A stretch of DNA of 64,000 bases, taken from positions 1-64,000 of IMG/VR virus record IMGVR_UViG_3300012954_004455; one strand, given 5' to 3'. The notes below the pieces were generated by a model. That model did no database searches and was not told where the DNA came from. It saw only the letters and a list, made by a program, of their open reading frames with translations. Numbering within the stretch: the first letter of the stretch is position 1; each line of letters opens with the position of its first letter. The stretch comes from a virus. Position numbers and translations under genes: made by a program. This document shows positions 19,443 through 29,356 of the stretch, piece after piece.

Positions 19443-20130
19443 GAATATGTCTGCAGCCAATTTCTGGAAGCTTTACGCGATGACAGAAGAAGCAACCAAG
19501 ATAGTCGAGTACTTGACACGCGAGGTAGGCGGGGCATGGAAGCATAGGAAAGAGCCCAAGGCAGCTTTTACTTCACAAAAAATGCCCAAAGTAATTATCG
19601 AGGGTGAAGTGGATGGAGCGAAAATAGAGTTTGAGCTGCGGGAGGACAGAAACCTTAAGGTTTTCTCTCCAATACCCAATGAGAAAATTAGTCTGGAGGA
19701 ACGGAGATTCATGGCAAAACGATCAGTAGGCTATTGGGATTTATTACCGACTGTGCGAGTGGTTTTGGGGGTGGGAGAAAGAGGGGAAGCATTGAGGTTT
19801 GGAGAGATATTACACCCCAGGGTTATGCTACATGCCCGTGTTGTGATTCTGGAAGCACAAGAGTGGTGGAAGGATTTGGGGTATGAGCTTAAAGTAGCAG
19901 TCTATGAACCGCCAACTCTACCTATGAATCTAGATTTTACGCATGTGCACTCTTTGGATAAGGAGAGAACTATAATGGGGGAGATTCTGGGGATGAGAAA
20001 TGGGGACGTCGTTTTCTCTGTGAAACCATTGGAGAATGGAGAGTGGATGTTTGAAGGATTTGACAGGACTCTGTATGCCTGTACGTTTGAGGGACTACAC
20101 ACACCTATGAAGGGGGTATTAACTAAATAG
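19432..20130 (+). CDS. Hypothetical protein, paralog 2 of a tandem triplet
   Basis: YLTREVGGAW...LKVFSPI...LLPTVRVVLG...ENGEWMFEG. Confidence 0.75.
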   Translation: MMGKNMSAANFWKLYAMTEEATKIVEYLTREVGGAWKHRKEPKAAFTSQKMPKVIIEGEVDGAKIEFELREDRNLKVFSPIPNEKISLEERRFMAKRSVGYWDLLPTVRVVLGVGERGEALRFGEILHPRVMLHARVVILEAQEWWKDLGYELKVAVYEPPTLPMNLDFTHVHSLDKERTIMGEILGMRNGDVVFSVKPLENGEWMFEGFDRTLYACTFEGLHTPMKGVLTK

Positions 20131-20132
20131 CT

Positions 20133-20804
20133 ATGAAAACAAACTCAATATTTCTTTATAACTATTGTCATCAGAGGATGCATGGAATTATAATTGGACT
20201 GGAGAGGCACGTTGGGGGAACATGGGACTATCGTTCTCGATATCTTTTAGAGCAATACGAACACATTTTATTGGGGTATGTGAATGGAATGCCCATAGCA
20301 TGGAAAGTGGTGGAGCCTTATAAGTTTGTGGCGCAGGATCCCCGAATAATGGATGAGCAATTGATGTTTTTTGGGGAGGAGGTATATGAAGATGTACTAG
20401 TGAACGCAACTCAAATACTCTTAGGGGGCGAGGCTACGACTCTGATGCATTTTGCTGTTTCTAAACGAATCGAGGAGATAATGTACAAAGCATCTGTCTT
20501 GATAAAAGAAGAAATGCAAGAACTCCCTGAAGGGGGAAGGTTTCGTGTGGAGATTCATACGCCTCCTTTGAACCCTACAGGGGTGGAGAAGCTTCACAGA
20601 CAGGGAGAGTATAGTTATCGGTTTACGAGTAGACTTGTGGTGTTAGACACTGGAGGGATAGGGAAGTTTCATTTTCAACTTATGAAAAATGGAGAATGGA
20701 AGTATGAAGAGCTACAAGGGAATCAAAATGTTTTATATGGCAATACATTAACAGAATTAATTAAAAAGCTGAATAATTATGATAAAAAGCTTATTAGGCA
20801 ATAG
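20133..20804 (+). CDS. Hypothetical protein, diverged paralog 3
   Basis: GLERHVGGTW...KNGEWKYE...LYGNTLTEL. Confidence 0.7.
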   Translation: MKTNSIFLYNYCHQRMHGIIIGLERHVGGTWDYRSRYLLEQYEHILLGYVNGMPIAWKVVEPYKFVAQDPRIMDEQLMFFGEEVYEDVLVNATQILLGGEATTLMHFAVSKRIEEIMYKASVLIKEEMQELPEGGRFRVEIHTPPLNPTGVEKLHRQGEYSYRFTSRLVVLDTGGIGKFHFQLMKNGEWKYEELQGNQNVLYGNTLTELIKKLNNYDKKLIRQ

Positions 20805-21075
20805 ACCAGGATATGAAACGAAAGAAGCCGCTGAAAAGGTGGCAGAGGAGATGATGAAGGGGGCGGAGGATTCTGGTTTTCGGGCTGTGGTGAGGAAAAT
20901 GGGCGGGGGGTATGTTCCTTCGTTGAAGGGGGAAATTGGAGGTTTCTTGGTCTTTGTAGGAGAGAGGCCAGGAGGGGGCTATGTAGGGATTACCTTCAAG
21001 GATATGAAGCCTCTTGTGGTAGAGGCGGAGAGTGTGAAAGAGGTGATAGAGATGATCAAAGGGGAGGGAGTATGA
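20779..21075 (+). CDS. Hypothetical protein (paralog of 16790..17083)
   Basis: Shared motifs with 16790..17083. Confidence 0.65.
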   Translation: MIKSLLGNRPGYETKEAAEKVAEEMMKGAEDSGFRAVVRKMGGGYVPSLKGEIGGFLVFVGERPGGGYVGITFKDMKPLVVEAESVKEVIEMIKGEGV

Positions 21076-21251
21076 GTGAGATTTTGAAGTTCATAGGGGC
21101 AATGATGGTGATGGGGTTGTTTATGGGGGGGCTATATGTCTTTTATGGGATATATGGGATTGTTCTACTTGCAGTGGGAAAGGTAGGGGGGATGATGGTG
21201 ACGGGAGGATTGATGATTCTGTGTTTGAAGATCGTAAAGAGGTTTCTATAG
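21072..21251 (+). CDS. Small membrane protein (59 aa, absent from the ORF track)
   Basis: ATGA overlap with the upstream stop; MSEILKFIGAMMVMGLFMGGLYVFYGIYGIVLLAVGKVGGMMVTGGLMILCLKIVKRFL. Confidence 0.6.
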   Translation: MSEILKFIGAMMVMGLFMGGLYVFYGIYGIVLLAVGKVGGMMVTGGLMILCLKIVKRFL

Positions 21252-21315
21252 TTTTTCGTTTTCAGTCTAAAAGGGGCGGTTCGCTCTCGGGTGGCCGTCC
21301 CAAATTTAAGAGCAT

Positions 21316-21762
21316 ATGAGAAAGAAGATAGTGAAGGCGTTATTGGATTCATTGGGGTGGGAAGGGACAGTGGGGATGGAAGTACTGGAAGAGAAGGGGC
21401 TGATGTATGAGGGGCGGATAACACAGAGAGGGTTTGCGGAGATACAAGAAGGATTAAGATGGGATCAGTATGAACGTTTCGGAGGAATACAGTGGGATAA
21501 AGGGAAGCTTTATCGGTTTGCCAAGGAAGTGGAGAGCTACGGATATTTACCTAATTGTACACATTTTTATCAATATAAAAGTAAACACCACTTCAGTGTT
21601 TTTGTGGTTGTTCCTCCTGGCGGAGTGGAATGTGAAATTTGGTGGGGGGTGAAGAAATGGAGAGCAGAAGATTTTATGGCCTACCATAAAGAGGGAGGAG
21701 CGTTTAAGATCGGATGTTTCATGGGAAAGGACGTCAGGGCGAAGCTAGAGGAGTTATTATGA
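21316..21762 (+). CDS. Hypothetical phage protein
   Basis: 148-aa ORF. Confidence 0.65.
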   Translation: MRKKIVKALLDSLGWEGTVGMEVLEEKGLMYEGRITQRGFAEIQEGLRWDQYERFGGIQWDKGKLYRFAKEVESYGYLPNCTHFYQYKSKHHFSVFVVVPPGGVECEIWWGVKKWRAEDFMAYHKEGGAFKIGCFMGKDVRAKLEELL

Positions 21763-21763
21763 T

Positions 21764-21809
21764 TTGGAGGGATGGTCTTTAGGGAGGTTCGAATCCTCCT
21801 CCTCTGACA
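21764..21809 (+). ncRNA. tRNA-like minihelix (acceptor-like stem plus perfect T-arm)
   Basis: GGAGG-TTCGAAT-CCTCC T-arm stacked on a TTGGAGGG/TCCTCTGA stem; no D or anticodon arm. Confidence 0.45.
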
Positions 21810-21942
21810 ACATTACTAATTACACATAGTGTCGCCCTCTGGGATAAAACTCAGGGGGCTTTTTTCCCAGGTAACTTTTATTTCAAAGCATCTCAAATTC
21901 AAAGCTTTAATGTTTTGGATGGAGAGGAAAATCTACAGTGAA

Positions 21943-24900
21943 ATGTATATAGAGAAAGAAATAGTAAGCGAAATATATCGGAAGTGTTCCATCAAAACAA
22001 TAGCGGAGGCACTGATTGGAGGGCAGGGATGGAAAAAGAAGGGGGTTCGGTATTGGCGACGGACTCCTTTTGGGAAGGAGAATACGCCTTCTTTCTATAT
22101 CGATACGGAAAAGAATACTTTTGCGTGCTGGAGTACAGGGAGGTTTGGGAATGCGGTGAAATTGGTGCAGGAACTTGAAGGCAGTAAATGGATTTTGGCT
22201 GTGCGGAAAACGGCTGAGATAATGGGAATCACTATACCTGTGAAGGATGACCCAGAGACAAAGAAACGGAGACGCCTGGTGGCGATGATGGGGAAAGTGA
22301 AGGAGTACTACCAAGAATGCCTGGGGAAGAATGGACTGGCTCAAGCTTATCTGGAAGGGAGAGGGATAAGCAAGGAAACGGCTGAGGAGTGGGAATTAGG
22401 ATGGGCTCCTAATGAGAAGGAAGGTGTTTATGAGTATTTGAAGGGCGCGGGGTTTACGGTAGAAGAGATGATGGCGGGGGATATCTTCTATCAAAAGGAT
22501 GGGAGAGTATTACCAAGATTCTGGGGACGAATCATGTTTCCGATACGGGATGTATGGGGTGAGGTAGTAGCTTTCTCTGGGAGATGCTTGGAGGATAAGG
22601 AGGGGGTGCCGAAGTATGTAAATTCATCGGAGACGATGATCTACAAGAAGACAGAAACTTTCTTTGGGCTTGATAAGGCAAAGAAGGGGATCATGTCTGA
22701 TAAAACAGTGGTGATTATGGAGGGGTTTACGGACGTTATAGCGGCACACGGGGCAGGAGTAGGGAATGCGGTGGCTGTGTGTGGAACGGCTATCACTAAA
22801 AGACATATCAAGAAACTAAAGTGGTTTTCTGAGACGTCAATTTTGGCTTTGGATGGAGATGCTGCGGGGATAAAGGCTGCGGAAAGGAGTATCCAGAATG
22901 CGGTGAAAGAGGATATGGACGTGAAAATATTGACTCTCCCTACAGGGGATGACCCTGACGAGTTTCTGAAAAGAGAAGGGCTGGAGGGATGGAAGAAGTT
23001 ACAAAGAGTGGGGTGGGTGAAGTGGATGGTGATGAGAAGGAAGGAGGAGCTGGAGGGGGAAACGATAGCCAGAGGGAAGGCTATGAAGGAGCTCGTGGAG
23101 CTCGTGGAGCAAATCCCTGATAAATTAATGAGACATGAGCACCTGCTGAAAATCTCTAAACTACTGAAAACTCCAATGGAAATTCTGACTTCTCAGAAGG
23201 ATGAGATGCAGAAGATGTGGGGGAGACAGACGAGATGGTTGGCATTTATGTCATTCACGCAATGTATTCTTGGGAATGCTGGAGATCATAGCGATTTCCA
23301 TAGAACATCGACGGGGCATATGGTGGTGGAGTATTTTGATGGGGAGGGGAAAATGAGACGAAAGAAAACGGAGGAGGGATACGAACAATTATACCAGGAC
23401 ACGAGCTTGTATAAGCCTTCTGTGTGGGGGGCTTATATTCCGAAGGCTATGAGACCAGATGGTGCTCTTTATAGCAATGAGGAGAAACCGCTTTTGAAGA
23501 AGACTCTGTGGGTGTGCCCTGATGAGGTGATGGCGCACATCTTGAGTGAGCGGGGGATTCATGCTGTAGGGCTGGCTCATGCTAAGGCGTTTAAGGCGCG
23601 GCAAGGGAGTAAGCAACTACACCAGACTATGTTGGATATACTACAGAGAGGGTATGATGAGATAGTATGGGTAGCGGAAAGTGTCGGGTTCTCTTTACCC
23701 TCAGGGGATAAGGAGAAGGCCAATGTGTATGAGACGGAAGATATGGCGAAGAATGCCATAGCCAGCAGAGATGTGCTGGTGGAGTTCTTGAGAGTAATGC
23801 GGAATAGCCCGCATAGGGTTCTGATTAGGGCTCTGACTCCGAAGAAAATAAAGGGAATTAAGCCTAAGTGGCTTCTCCATTGGATGATGGAGCGAGAGCT
23901 AATCCCTGATATGGAGAAGGAGATCTTTGGGGATAGCTTCATTCAACAGGAGGTAGGCCTGGCAACTCCTGAGCAGATAGACCCGCTGTTCTCTCTGGAA
24001 GCGGCAGAGGTATTTTTTAGAAAGCATAAGCCGCAGAATATCGGGAAGCAATTTCGATTTAGAGAGGGGTTGTTCTCGATCGATTATGACACTGGTAGAA
24101 TTGAGGAAATTAACAATAATGAAGAGATAGTCCCCATACGAGTAATAAACAACTCGTATTACTGGCAGGAAAAGGGGGGAGTGAAGTGCCTAACGAGATT
24201 CGTACTGAAACCTACCCTCAAAGTACTGGGAGGGGATATGGCACATTGGCTTTATACTTTGACGACATCGAGAGGGGAAACGGCTCCTGTGAGGTTGTCG
24301 TCTAAGGATTGGTCAAGTGAGGATCAATTCTTCGATATAATAAACAATTTGCAAGGCATTCAAACAACGACCCAGATATCGAAAGGGCAAATGCGAGCCT
24401 TGCATATGTATCTGACTGATCGATTTCAAATAAAGGAAGCTATCTCCTGCCCAACGATGGGCTGGGATGGGGAAAGATGGCATTTTGGGGCTGGAGGGTT
24501 CATCGATGGGGAAGGGGTATACTACCCTATTGATGAGGACGGATTGGCGAGTGACAGCAAGAAGACGTTCTTTTATCCTGCTGGGGCGAGAACGACTAGC
24601 AAGGCGAGTTTGAAGGAACTCTACAAGGAGCATCAAAAGTATAAGTATAAGAGACACAATACCAGTTGGAGGGAATGGGTAGACCTTTTTACGAAGGTTT
24701 ATGAGCCTCAGGCTTTGCTGGGGTTGGGGTTCCTGACTATGACCATATATTGGGATATAGTTGAGGGATTGGTGCCTGACAATAAGGTGCCGATGGGGTT
24801 TTGTTTGGGGCTTCCCGAGTCGGGGAAGTCAGTTTTCGCGGAAAGCCTGACGGCTTTCTGGGGTAAGTTGGCAGTCGTAAATTTTGGGGCTAAATCGTCT

Positions 24901-25890
24901 AGAGCAGCATCGAGAGACCATCTGAGTTTTTATAGAAACTCACCTGCTATATTCAACGAGTGTAACCCCAGCAATATCCAAGACTGGGTACTGCCGTTCT
25001 GTAAGGGTATTTATGATCAGGAGACTGGTGTAAAGAAGGGAGGCGAGGGATACAAGACAACTATTTATGGATCAATTACGACATCGGCTCTTATTCTTGG
25101 GCAAGAAGAGAGCGTGTATCAGGAAAGAGCATTTGTCGAGAGGGTGATCCCATTCCTCTTCGAAAAAAAGAGAGCTTATACATCGGAGGAGAAGAGAGGG
25201 TGGAATACCCTCAAGAAGATGGAACGGAATGGATTAGGACACTTGCTCTCTATCTTCATCCAGAAACGAGAGCTTATTTTCGAAAGGTTTGAGGAGAAGT
25301 TTGTGGAGCTTGAGGAGAAGTTTGCAGGCTTGGTCAAGTTTGATGGGGATCGAATACCGAAGAACTATGCAATCCTCATGACATGCCTGAGCATCCTGAT
25401 TGAGGATGGGATGCACGTGCCTATATCTACTGCGGATATATATGAGAAGGTTACTATGGAGATGAAGGAGCATAAGAAACTCTTGAAGGAGAAGGGTATA
25501 ATGGACTTCTTTTGGGGGTTTGTGGCGATGGAATTGGGGGGAGAGAAACGTTTTGGATTGGATGACCGATGCGTTTTCTATGACAAGGACAAAGAGCTAG
25601 TAAACGTTTCTGTGAACAGAACCCACAAAGCATTTAAGAAATACCTGGAGAGTCGGAAGGTGAAGATAGAAAACCAGGAGCTTTCGACCTTCAAGAAAAG
25701 ACTAAAAGAACAGGACGGATTCTTAGGATCTGTGGGTAGTGCATGGGTCGGATGGCGTAGAGTACGTCATAATGATGGGAATCTTACCATTGATAGGGAC
25801 TCAAAACGGATGACAAGTGCGTACCAGTTTAGTTTTAAAATGATTACTGAAAAGGGGATTGAATTCCCTACTGAGGCTTTTGATAAGTAG
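21943..25890 (+). CDS. DnaG-type primase fused to a C-terminal P-loop ATPase/helicase-like domain
   Basis: RIMFPI...AFSGR...KYVNS, MEGFTDV, LDGDAAG and DDPDEFL Toprim motifs; Walker A GLPESGKS. Start set by alignment with the 57235 homolog. Confidence 0.85.
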   Translation: MYIEKEIVSEIYRKCSIKTIAEALIGGQGWKKKGVRYWRRTPFGKENTPSFYIDTEKNTFACWSTGRFGNAVKLVQELEGSKWILAVRKTAEIMGITIPVKDDPETKKRRRLVAMMGKVKEYYQECLGKNGLAQAYLEGRGISKETAEEWELGWAPNEKEGVYEYLKGAGFTVEEMMAGDIFYQKDGRVLPRFWGRIMFPIRDVWGEVVAFSGRCLEDKEGVPKYVNSSETMIYKKTETFFGLDKAKKGIMSDKTVVIMEGFTDVIAAHGAGVGNAVAVCGTAITKRHIKKLKWFSETSILALDGDAAGIKAAERSIQNAVKEDMDVKILTLPTGDDPDEFLKREGLEGWKKLQRVGWVKWMVMRRKEELEGETIARGKAMKELVELVEQIPDKLMRHEHLLKISKLLKTPMEILTSQKDEMQKMWGRQTRWLAFMSFTQCILGNAGDHSDFHRTSTGHMVVEYFDGEGKMRRKKTEEGYEQLYQDTSLYKPSVWGAYIPKAMRPDGALYSNEEKPLLKKTLWVCPDEVMAHILSERGIHAVGLAHAKAFKARQGSKQLHQTMLDILQRGYDEIVWVAESVGFSLPSGDKEKANVYETEDMAKNAIASRDVLVEFLRVMRNSPHRVLIRALTPKKIKGIKPKWLLHWMMERELIPDMEKEIFGDSFIQQEVGLATPEQIDPLFSLEAAEVFFRKHKPQNIGKQFRFREGLFSIDYDTGRIEEINNNEEIVPIRVINNSYYWQEKGGVKCLTRFVLKPTLKVLGGDMAHWLYTLTTSRGETAPVRLSSKDWSSEDQFFDIINNLQGIQTTTQISKGQMRALHMYLTDRFQIKEAISCPTMGWDGERWHFGAGGFIDGEGVYYPIDEDGLASDSKKTFFYPAGARTTSKASLKELYKEHQKYKYKRHNTSWREWVDLFTKVYEPQALLGLGFLTMTIYWDIVEGLVPDNKVPMGFCLGLPESGKSVFAESLTAFWGKLAVVNFGAKSSRAASRDHLSFYRNSPAIFNECNPSNIQDWVLPFCKGIYDQETGVKKGGEGYKTTIYGSITTSALILGQEESVYQERAFVERVIPFLFEKKRAYTSEEKRGWNTLKKMERNGLGHLLSIFIQKRELIFERFEEKFVELEEKFAGLVKFDGDRIPKNYAILMTCLSILIEDGMHVPISTADIYEKVTMEMKEHKKLLKEKGIMDFFWGFVAMELGGEKRFGLDDRCVFYDKDKELVNVSVNRTHKAFKKYLESRKVKIENQELSTFKKRLKEQDGFLGSVGSAWVGWRRVRHNDGNLTIDRDSKRMTSAYQFSFKMITEKGIEFPTEAFDK

Positions 25891-25891
25891 T

Positions 25892-26680
25892 ATGGAATAT
25901 AAGACATTATATCTATGTTGGTTGTCCATACCTGATGAGGAGTCAGAATCGATACTGGAGTCTCTACAAGGTATGCCAGGCATACCTTTAGATTACTCAA
26001 AAATCATCCAAAAGTATACAGAGTGGGAGCAATATTGGAACGCGATAAGACCAAAGAGATCAGGGAACGACCTCTATTGGCTTGAGGTATCCTGGCCGCC
26101 AATGAAGATAGTAAGGGCGTTATCGAGGAAGTACCCTACAGTGAAGTTTCAATTTTATTATGATAATGGAAGTTCGACTCACTCGATTTCATTATTGAAT
26201 TGTAAAGAACTGGAGCAGGTTCTGAAGGGGAAGGAGTTGGAAAAGTTGAAATCTCTATGGCAAGAATATCGGCTAGAAATCGCTATTGATACATTATCTT
26301 GCCGAGTAGTGAAAGTGCTACCTAAAGAGAATAGAGAGGACGAGATTAGGCTGACCAATCAAGGAAATACCATATGGAGGTGGTTCCGAGAGATGTTCGA
26401 GTGTCGAAAAGGCGATCTTCTATTTTTTGATTCAGTCGATAGTGGAGAGAAAACAAGGATAGTTTTCTCTCAAGATACCGTGACATTTAGGAAAGAAGAG
26501 TTTACGAGTCGGTATAGTTACACAAAGGGGGCTGTAATGGTCTTTACCAAGGTTGTGTTTACAGAAAAGGAAGGGATTACATCCTTTAGACTATTTAGGA
26601 ATCAGCTAGGGGCTTATAGAGTGGGAACCATATGTGGAAATGGATTAATGGAGATGCTGGTATATGGACAGACCGTATAA
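25892..26680 (+). CDS. Hypothetical protein with a DUF1281/YubB ferredoxin-like motif
   Basis: SWPPMKIVRALSRKYPTVKFQFYYD resembles the WxPP...L...YP...F...Y pattern. Confidence 0.45.
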   Translation: MEYKTLYLCWLSIPDEESESILESLQGMPGIPLDYSKIIQKYTEWEQYWNAIRPKRSGNDLYWLEVSWPPMKIVRALSRKYPTVKFQFYYDNGSSTHSISLLNCKELEQVLKGKELEKLKSLWQEYRLEIAIDTLSCRVVKVLPKENREDEIRLTNQGNTIWRWFREMFECRKGDLLFFDSVDSGEKTRIVFSQDTVTFRKEEFTSRYSYTKGAVMVFTKVVFTEKEGITSFRLFRNQLGAYRVGTICGNGLMEMLVYGQTV

Positions 26681-26731
26681 GAAATAATATTATTTTGAAT
26701 GAATGATTTAGGTGAAGTGGATTTACGCTGA

Positions 26732-26766
26732 TGTCCTAGGACTGGGGGGCTTATACTGCCATTTTG
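26732..26766 (+). promoter_or_regulatory. Putative phage late promoter TGTCC-N27-TTG
   Basis: One of six equally spaced copies; 39 nt before ATG 26771. Confidence 0.6.
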
Positions 26767-26770
26767 GGGT

Positions 26771-27571
26771 ATGGTAGTAGAAATAGGGACAACAACCTTG
26801 GTTCTTCCAGGGAACTGGGAAGAAGTCAATGAAGAGCAATACAAGACAATCATTGAAGGGGTTCTTCAGGGGAAGGAGCTTGAAGAAGTTATCATGAACC
26901 TTCTGCAAGGAGACGAGATGAAGGCTTTCGAGACCCTCGTGACTGAATCGGTTATACCCGATGTGGTCACGGGGGCTTCTTTTTCTGAGGAGGATGAGAA
27001 GGGTATGTACTATGCTTCTGCTGTTCTTTCTATAAAAAAGAAGATGGGGTGGATGATGAAGCCTTCGAAGCATACGGATGAGGTAGTGGCGAGGATTAAG
27101 ACGTTTTCTCATAAGGGGAAAAAATATAGACTCCCAGAACCCAACGGGAATGATGTCAATTTTGCAGAGTTCGCCCTATTAACTAGGCTACTACGAACCC
27201 AAAGGGGTGCGAAGATGCTGCTTTCTATTCTGGCAATTTTGGCGAGAGAAGAGGGGCAAGAAGAAAGGGACTTCGATCCGAGAAGAATCGAGAGAAGAAA
27301 AAAGGAATTTGGAAACGTACCAATAGCTGTCTTCATGGCAGCGAAAGACTACACAGAAAGGTTGATCCTATACGTAGTGAAGAGATATCCTAAGGTATTT
27401 GAAGGGAAAACGAGTAAGGGAAATGGATTTGGGTTTGTGGGATTACGTAACAGACTGGCGGCTCAAGGGGGAGGGATAGTGGATACTGTCCAGATAGATA
27501 ATATGAACATAAAAAGGGTCATGAGCTATGTGACCCAAATGATAATAGAGCGAGATGCTAAAGAGAATTAA
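26771..27571 (+). CDS. Putative tail assembly chaperone-like protein
   Basis: First gene of the late operon; LPGNWEEV N-terminus; functional call is positional. Confidence 0.4.
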   Translation: MVVEIGTTTLVLPGNWEEVNEEQYKTIIEGVLQGKELEEVIMNLLQGDEMKAFETLVTESVIPDVVTGASFSEEDEKGMYYASAVLSIKKKMGWMMKPSKHTDEVVARIKTFSHKGKKYRLPEPNGNDVNFAEFALLTRLLRTQRGAKMLLSILAILAREEGQEERDFDPRRIERRKKEFGNVPIAVFMAAKDYTERLILYVVKRYPKVFEGKTSKGNGFGFVGLRNRLAAQGGGIVDTVQIDNMNIKRVMSYVTQMIIERDAKEN

Positions 27572-28220
27572 AAAAGAGATACTGAAAATCGCATTGGGGT
27601 TTCCTGATGTAGATCAGGTAGTATGGGGGGAACAAGAATTATTGCTCCAGGAACAAATTCAGAATTCTCCGAGTACCTATTTCTGGGTCAATGACGTGGA
27701 AGTGCATGCTACGGAAAAGGGGGAAAACCATCTTTATCCTTCATACAGATTGGACATATCCATTAAATCGAAGGATAACGACCTCGATTCATGTGAGGTC
27801 ATAATGTGGCGGTTCATTAATATCCTGAGAAGCAAGAACAGAGAGGGTGTGTTTCGTTTCTCTTTGGATAGCCTTCGGGCAGACCAGGTGTTGTTCTTTG
27901 AGAATGGATATAATGGGTGGCGATTTTCTTTGTCAGTCGGGGAGACTGAAGCTGTTGTTGCTCCTGAGGATGGCTTTGAAGCAAGAGCAGTAAACGCGCT
28001 TTCGCTCAAGCCTAAGGCACACGCTGACCAGGTGTATCTCAAGGTTGGGGAAGATGAGATTGCTTTTGCTTGGGATGGGGCAGATACCAAAATCGCTCTG
28101 GAGACGGCAAGAATAAAGCTGGAGGAACTAGGCGTGGCCTCAGTGATACACGGGAACATGATCTATATAATGGCAGAAATCGATATCGTGGACGAAGAGC
28201 AAAACCATAGTTGGATATGA
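27555..28220 (+). CDS. Putative tail terminator/completion protein
   Basis: Size and position in the tail operon. Confidence 0.35.
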   Translation: MLKRIKKEILKIALGFPDVDQVVWGEQELLLQEQIQNSPSTYFWVNDVEVHATEKGENHLYPSYRLDISIKSKDNDLDSCEVIMWRFINILRSKNREGVFRFSLDSLRADQVLFFENGYNGWRFSLSVGETEAVVAPEDGFEARAVNALSLKPKAHADQVYLKVGEDEIAFAWDGADTKIALETARIKLEELGVASVIHGNMIYIMAEIDIVDEEQNHSWI

Positions 28221-29356
28221 TTATAAATAGGGATCTACCAAATTGGGCTGGGGTTTTAAATCCTATAGGGTTGGAGGTGCAAGCTGACCCAAACTGGAAT
28301 ACGTATGCGAGTTATGGAATCAGGGTGACGGTAACGGGGGGGAATGGACAAAGCTTGAGCTTCTTTCAGAGACCTGGGCTGGGAGATAAGACAACCTTCG
28401 ACCTACGAAGAGCGGTATTGGCTATTTTGGGGGATGATCAGGAACAACCTGATTTGAATTCTTATGTGAAGGTCATGATGCCAGGAGCGATATCGGTGGT
28501 GATTGAGGAAGTGGCAGATGGGGCAGTGATGGAAACTGAGAATAAGCAGATCAAGGTGATTAGAGGGGGATTTCATCCTAGATTGGGACAGATGATGAGC
28601 ACTTGGACTGCTGATGGGAAGTTTCTTACGAACCAGCCTCGCAAGAAACGAAGCAGTAGAAAGGTATGGGAGCTGTTACAGGTAGTCTTGAATGATCAGA
28701 TTATACCTGTGAATGGGATGTTTCCAATTCATATTTCAATGAAGTTTTCGGATGGTAATGAGATAACGGGGACAATTGAGATGCCTGTACAAGGGGCTTT
28801 TCCTAATGCTGGGGATTTAATACAAATCCCAGTTGGATGGGAACACTTAAACCTATCTCAGTATGGGACAAATGGGCAAGATCCAATTGAATGGACTGTG
28901 TGGCTCCAACAAGGGAGAGCCATACTATCGGAAAGAATGACCTATACCCTGAGAGGTACGACCTTTTCTTCTATTGAAAGGCAATACTTATTTAGGAACC
29001 AACTAGGAGGGTGGGATACCCTCCGAACGACGGGATTGAACCAGACGAAGATTGCTGTCGAAAGAAGTGAGATGCGGATTCCTGGTAGCCCTTTCGATAA
29101 CTTCGGGCGAAAGGTTTTCTCAACCCTTGGACGAAGCTACCATAGAGGAGCTCAAGATACAGGAACATTGACGCAAGCAGAAAGAATCTGGTTTAGAGAG
29201 TTCATCCGCTCCGAAAATGTGTGGGCAGCGAAAGACGAAGAGCAAAAAGACAACTCCCTCACTCCTATATATATAACCACCCAGAATGTGGCCATATTTG
29301 AAGATGAGAATTTTGTGGGAGAGGAGAAGTTTGAATATAAGGAGGCGTGTGTATGA
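28211..29356 (+). CDS. Putative minor tail protein
   Basis: YLFRNQLGGWDT motif typical of Bacteroidota siphovirus tail proteins. Confidence 0.55.
   Translation: MDMIINRDLPNWAGVLNPIGLEVQADPNWNTYASYGIRVTVTGGNGQSLSFFQRPGLGDKTTFDLRRAVLAILGDDQEQPDLNSYVKVMMPGAISVVIEEVADGAVMETENKQIKVIRGGFHPRLGQMMSTWTADGKFLTNQPRKKRSSRKVWELLQVVLNDQIIPVNGMFPIHISMKFSDGNEITGTIEMPVQGAFPNAGDLIQIPVGWEHLNLSQYGTNGQDPIEWTVWLQQGRAILSERMTYTLRGTTFSSIERQYLFRNQLGGWDTLRTTGLNQTKIAVERSEMRIPGSPFDNFGRKVFSTLGRSYHRGAQDTGTLTQAERIWFREFIRSENVWAAKDEEQKDNSLTPIYITTQNVAIFEDENFVGEEKFEYKEACV

Noticed and set aside
21764-21809. Functional tRNA gene
   Set aside because: Too short; no D arm or anticodon arm.
21829-21942. N-terminal extension of the primase in the ORF track
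   Set aside because: Runs through a terminator-like hairpin; the 57235 homolog aligns from ATG 21943.
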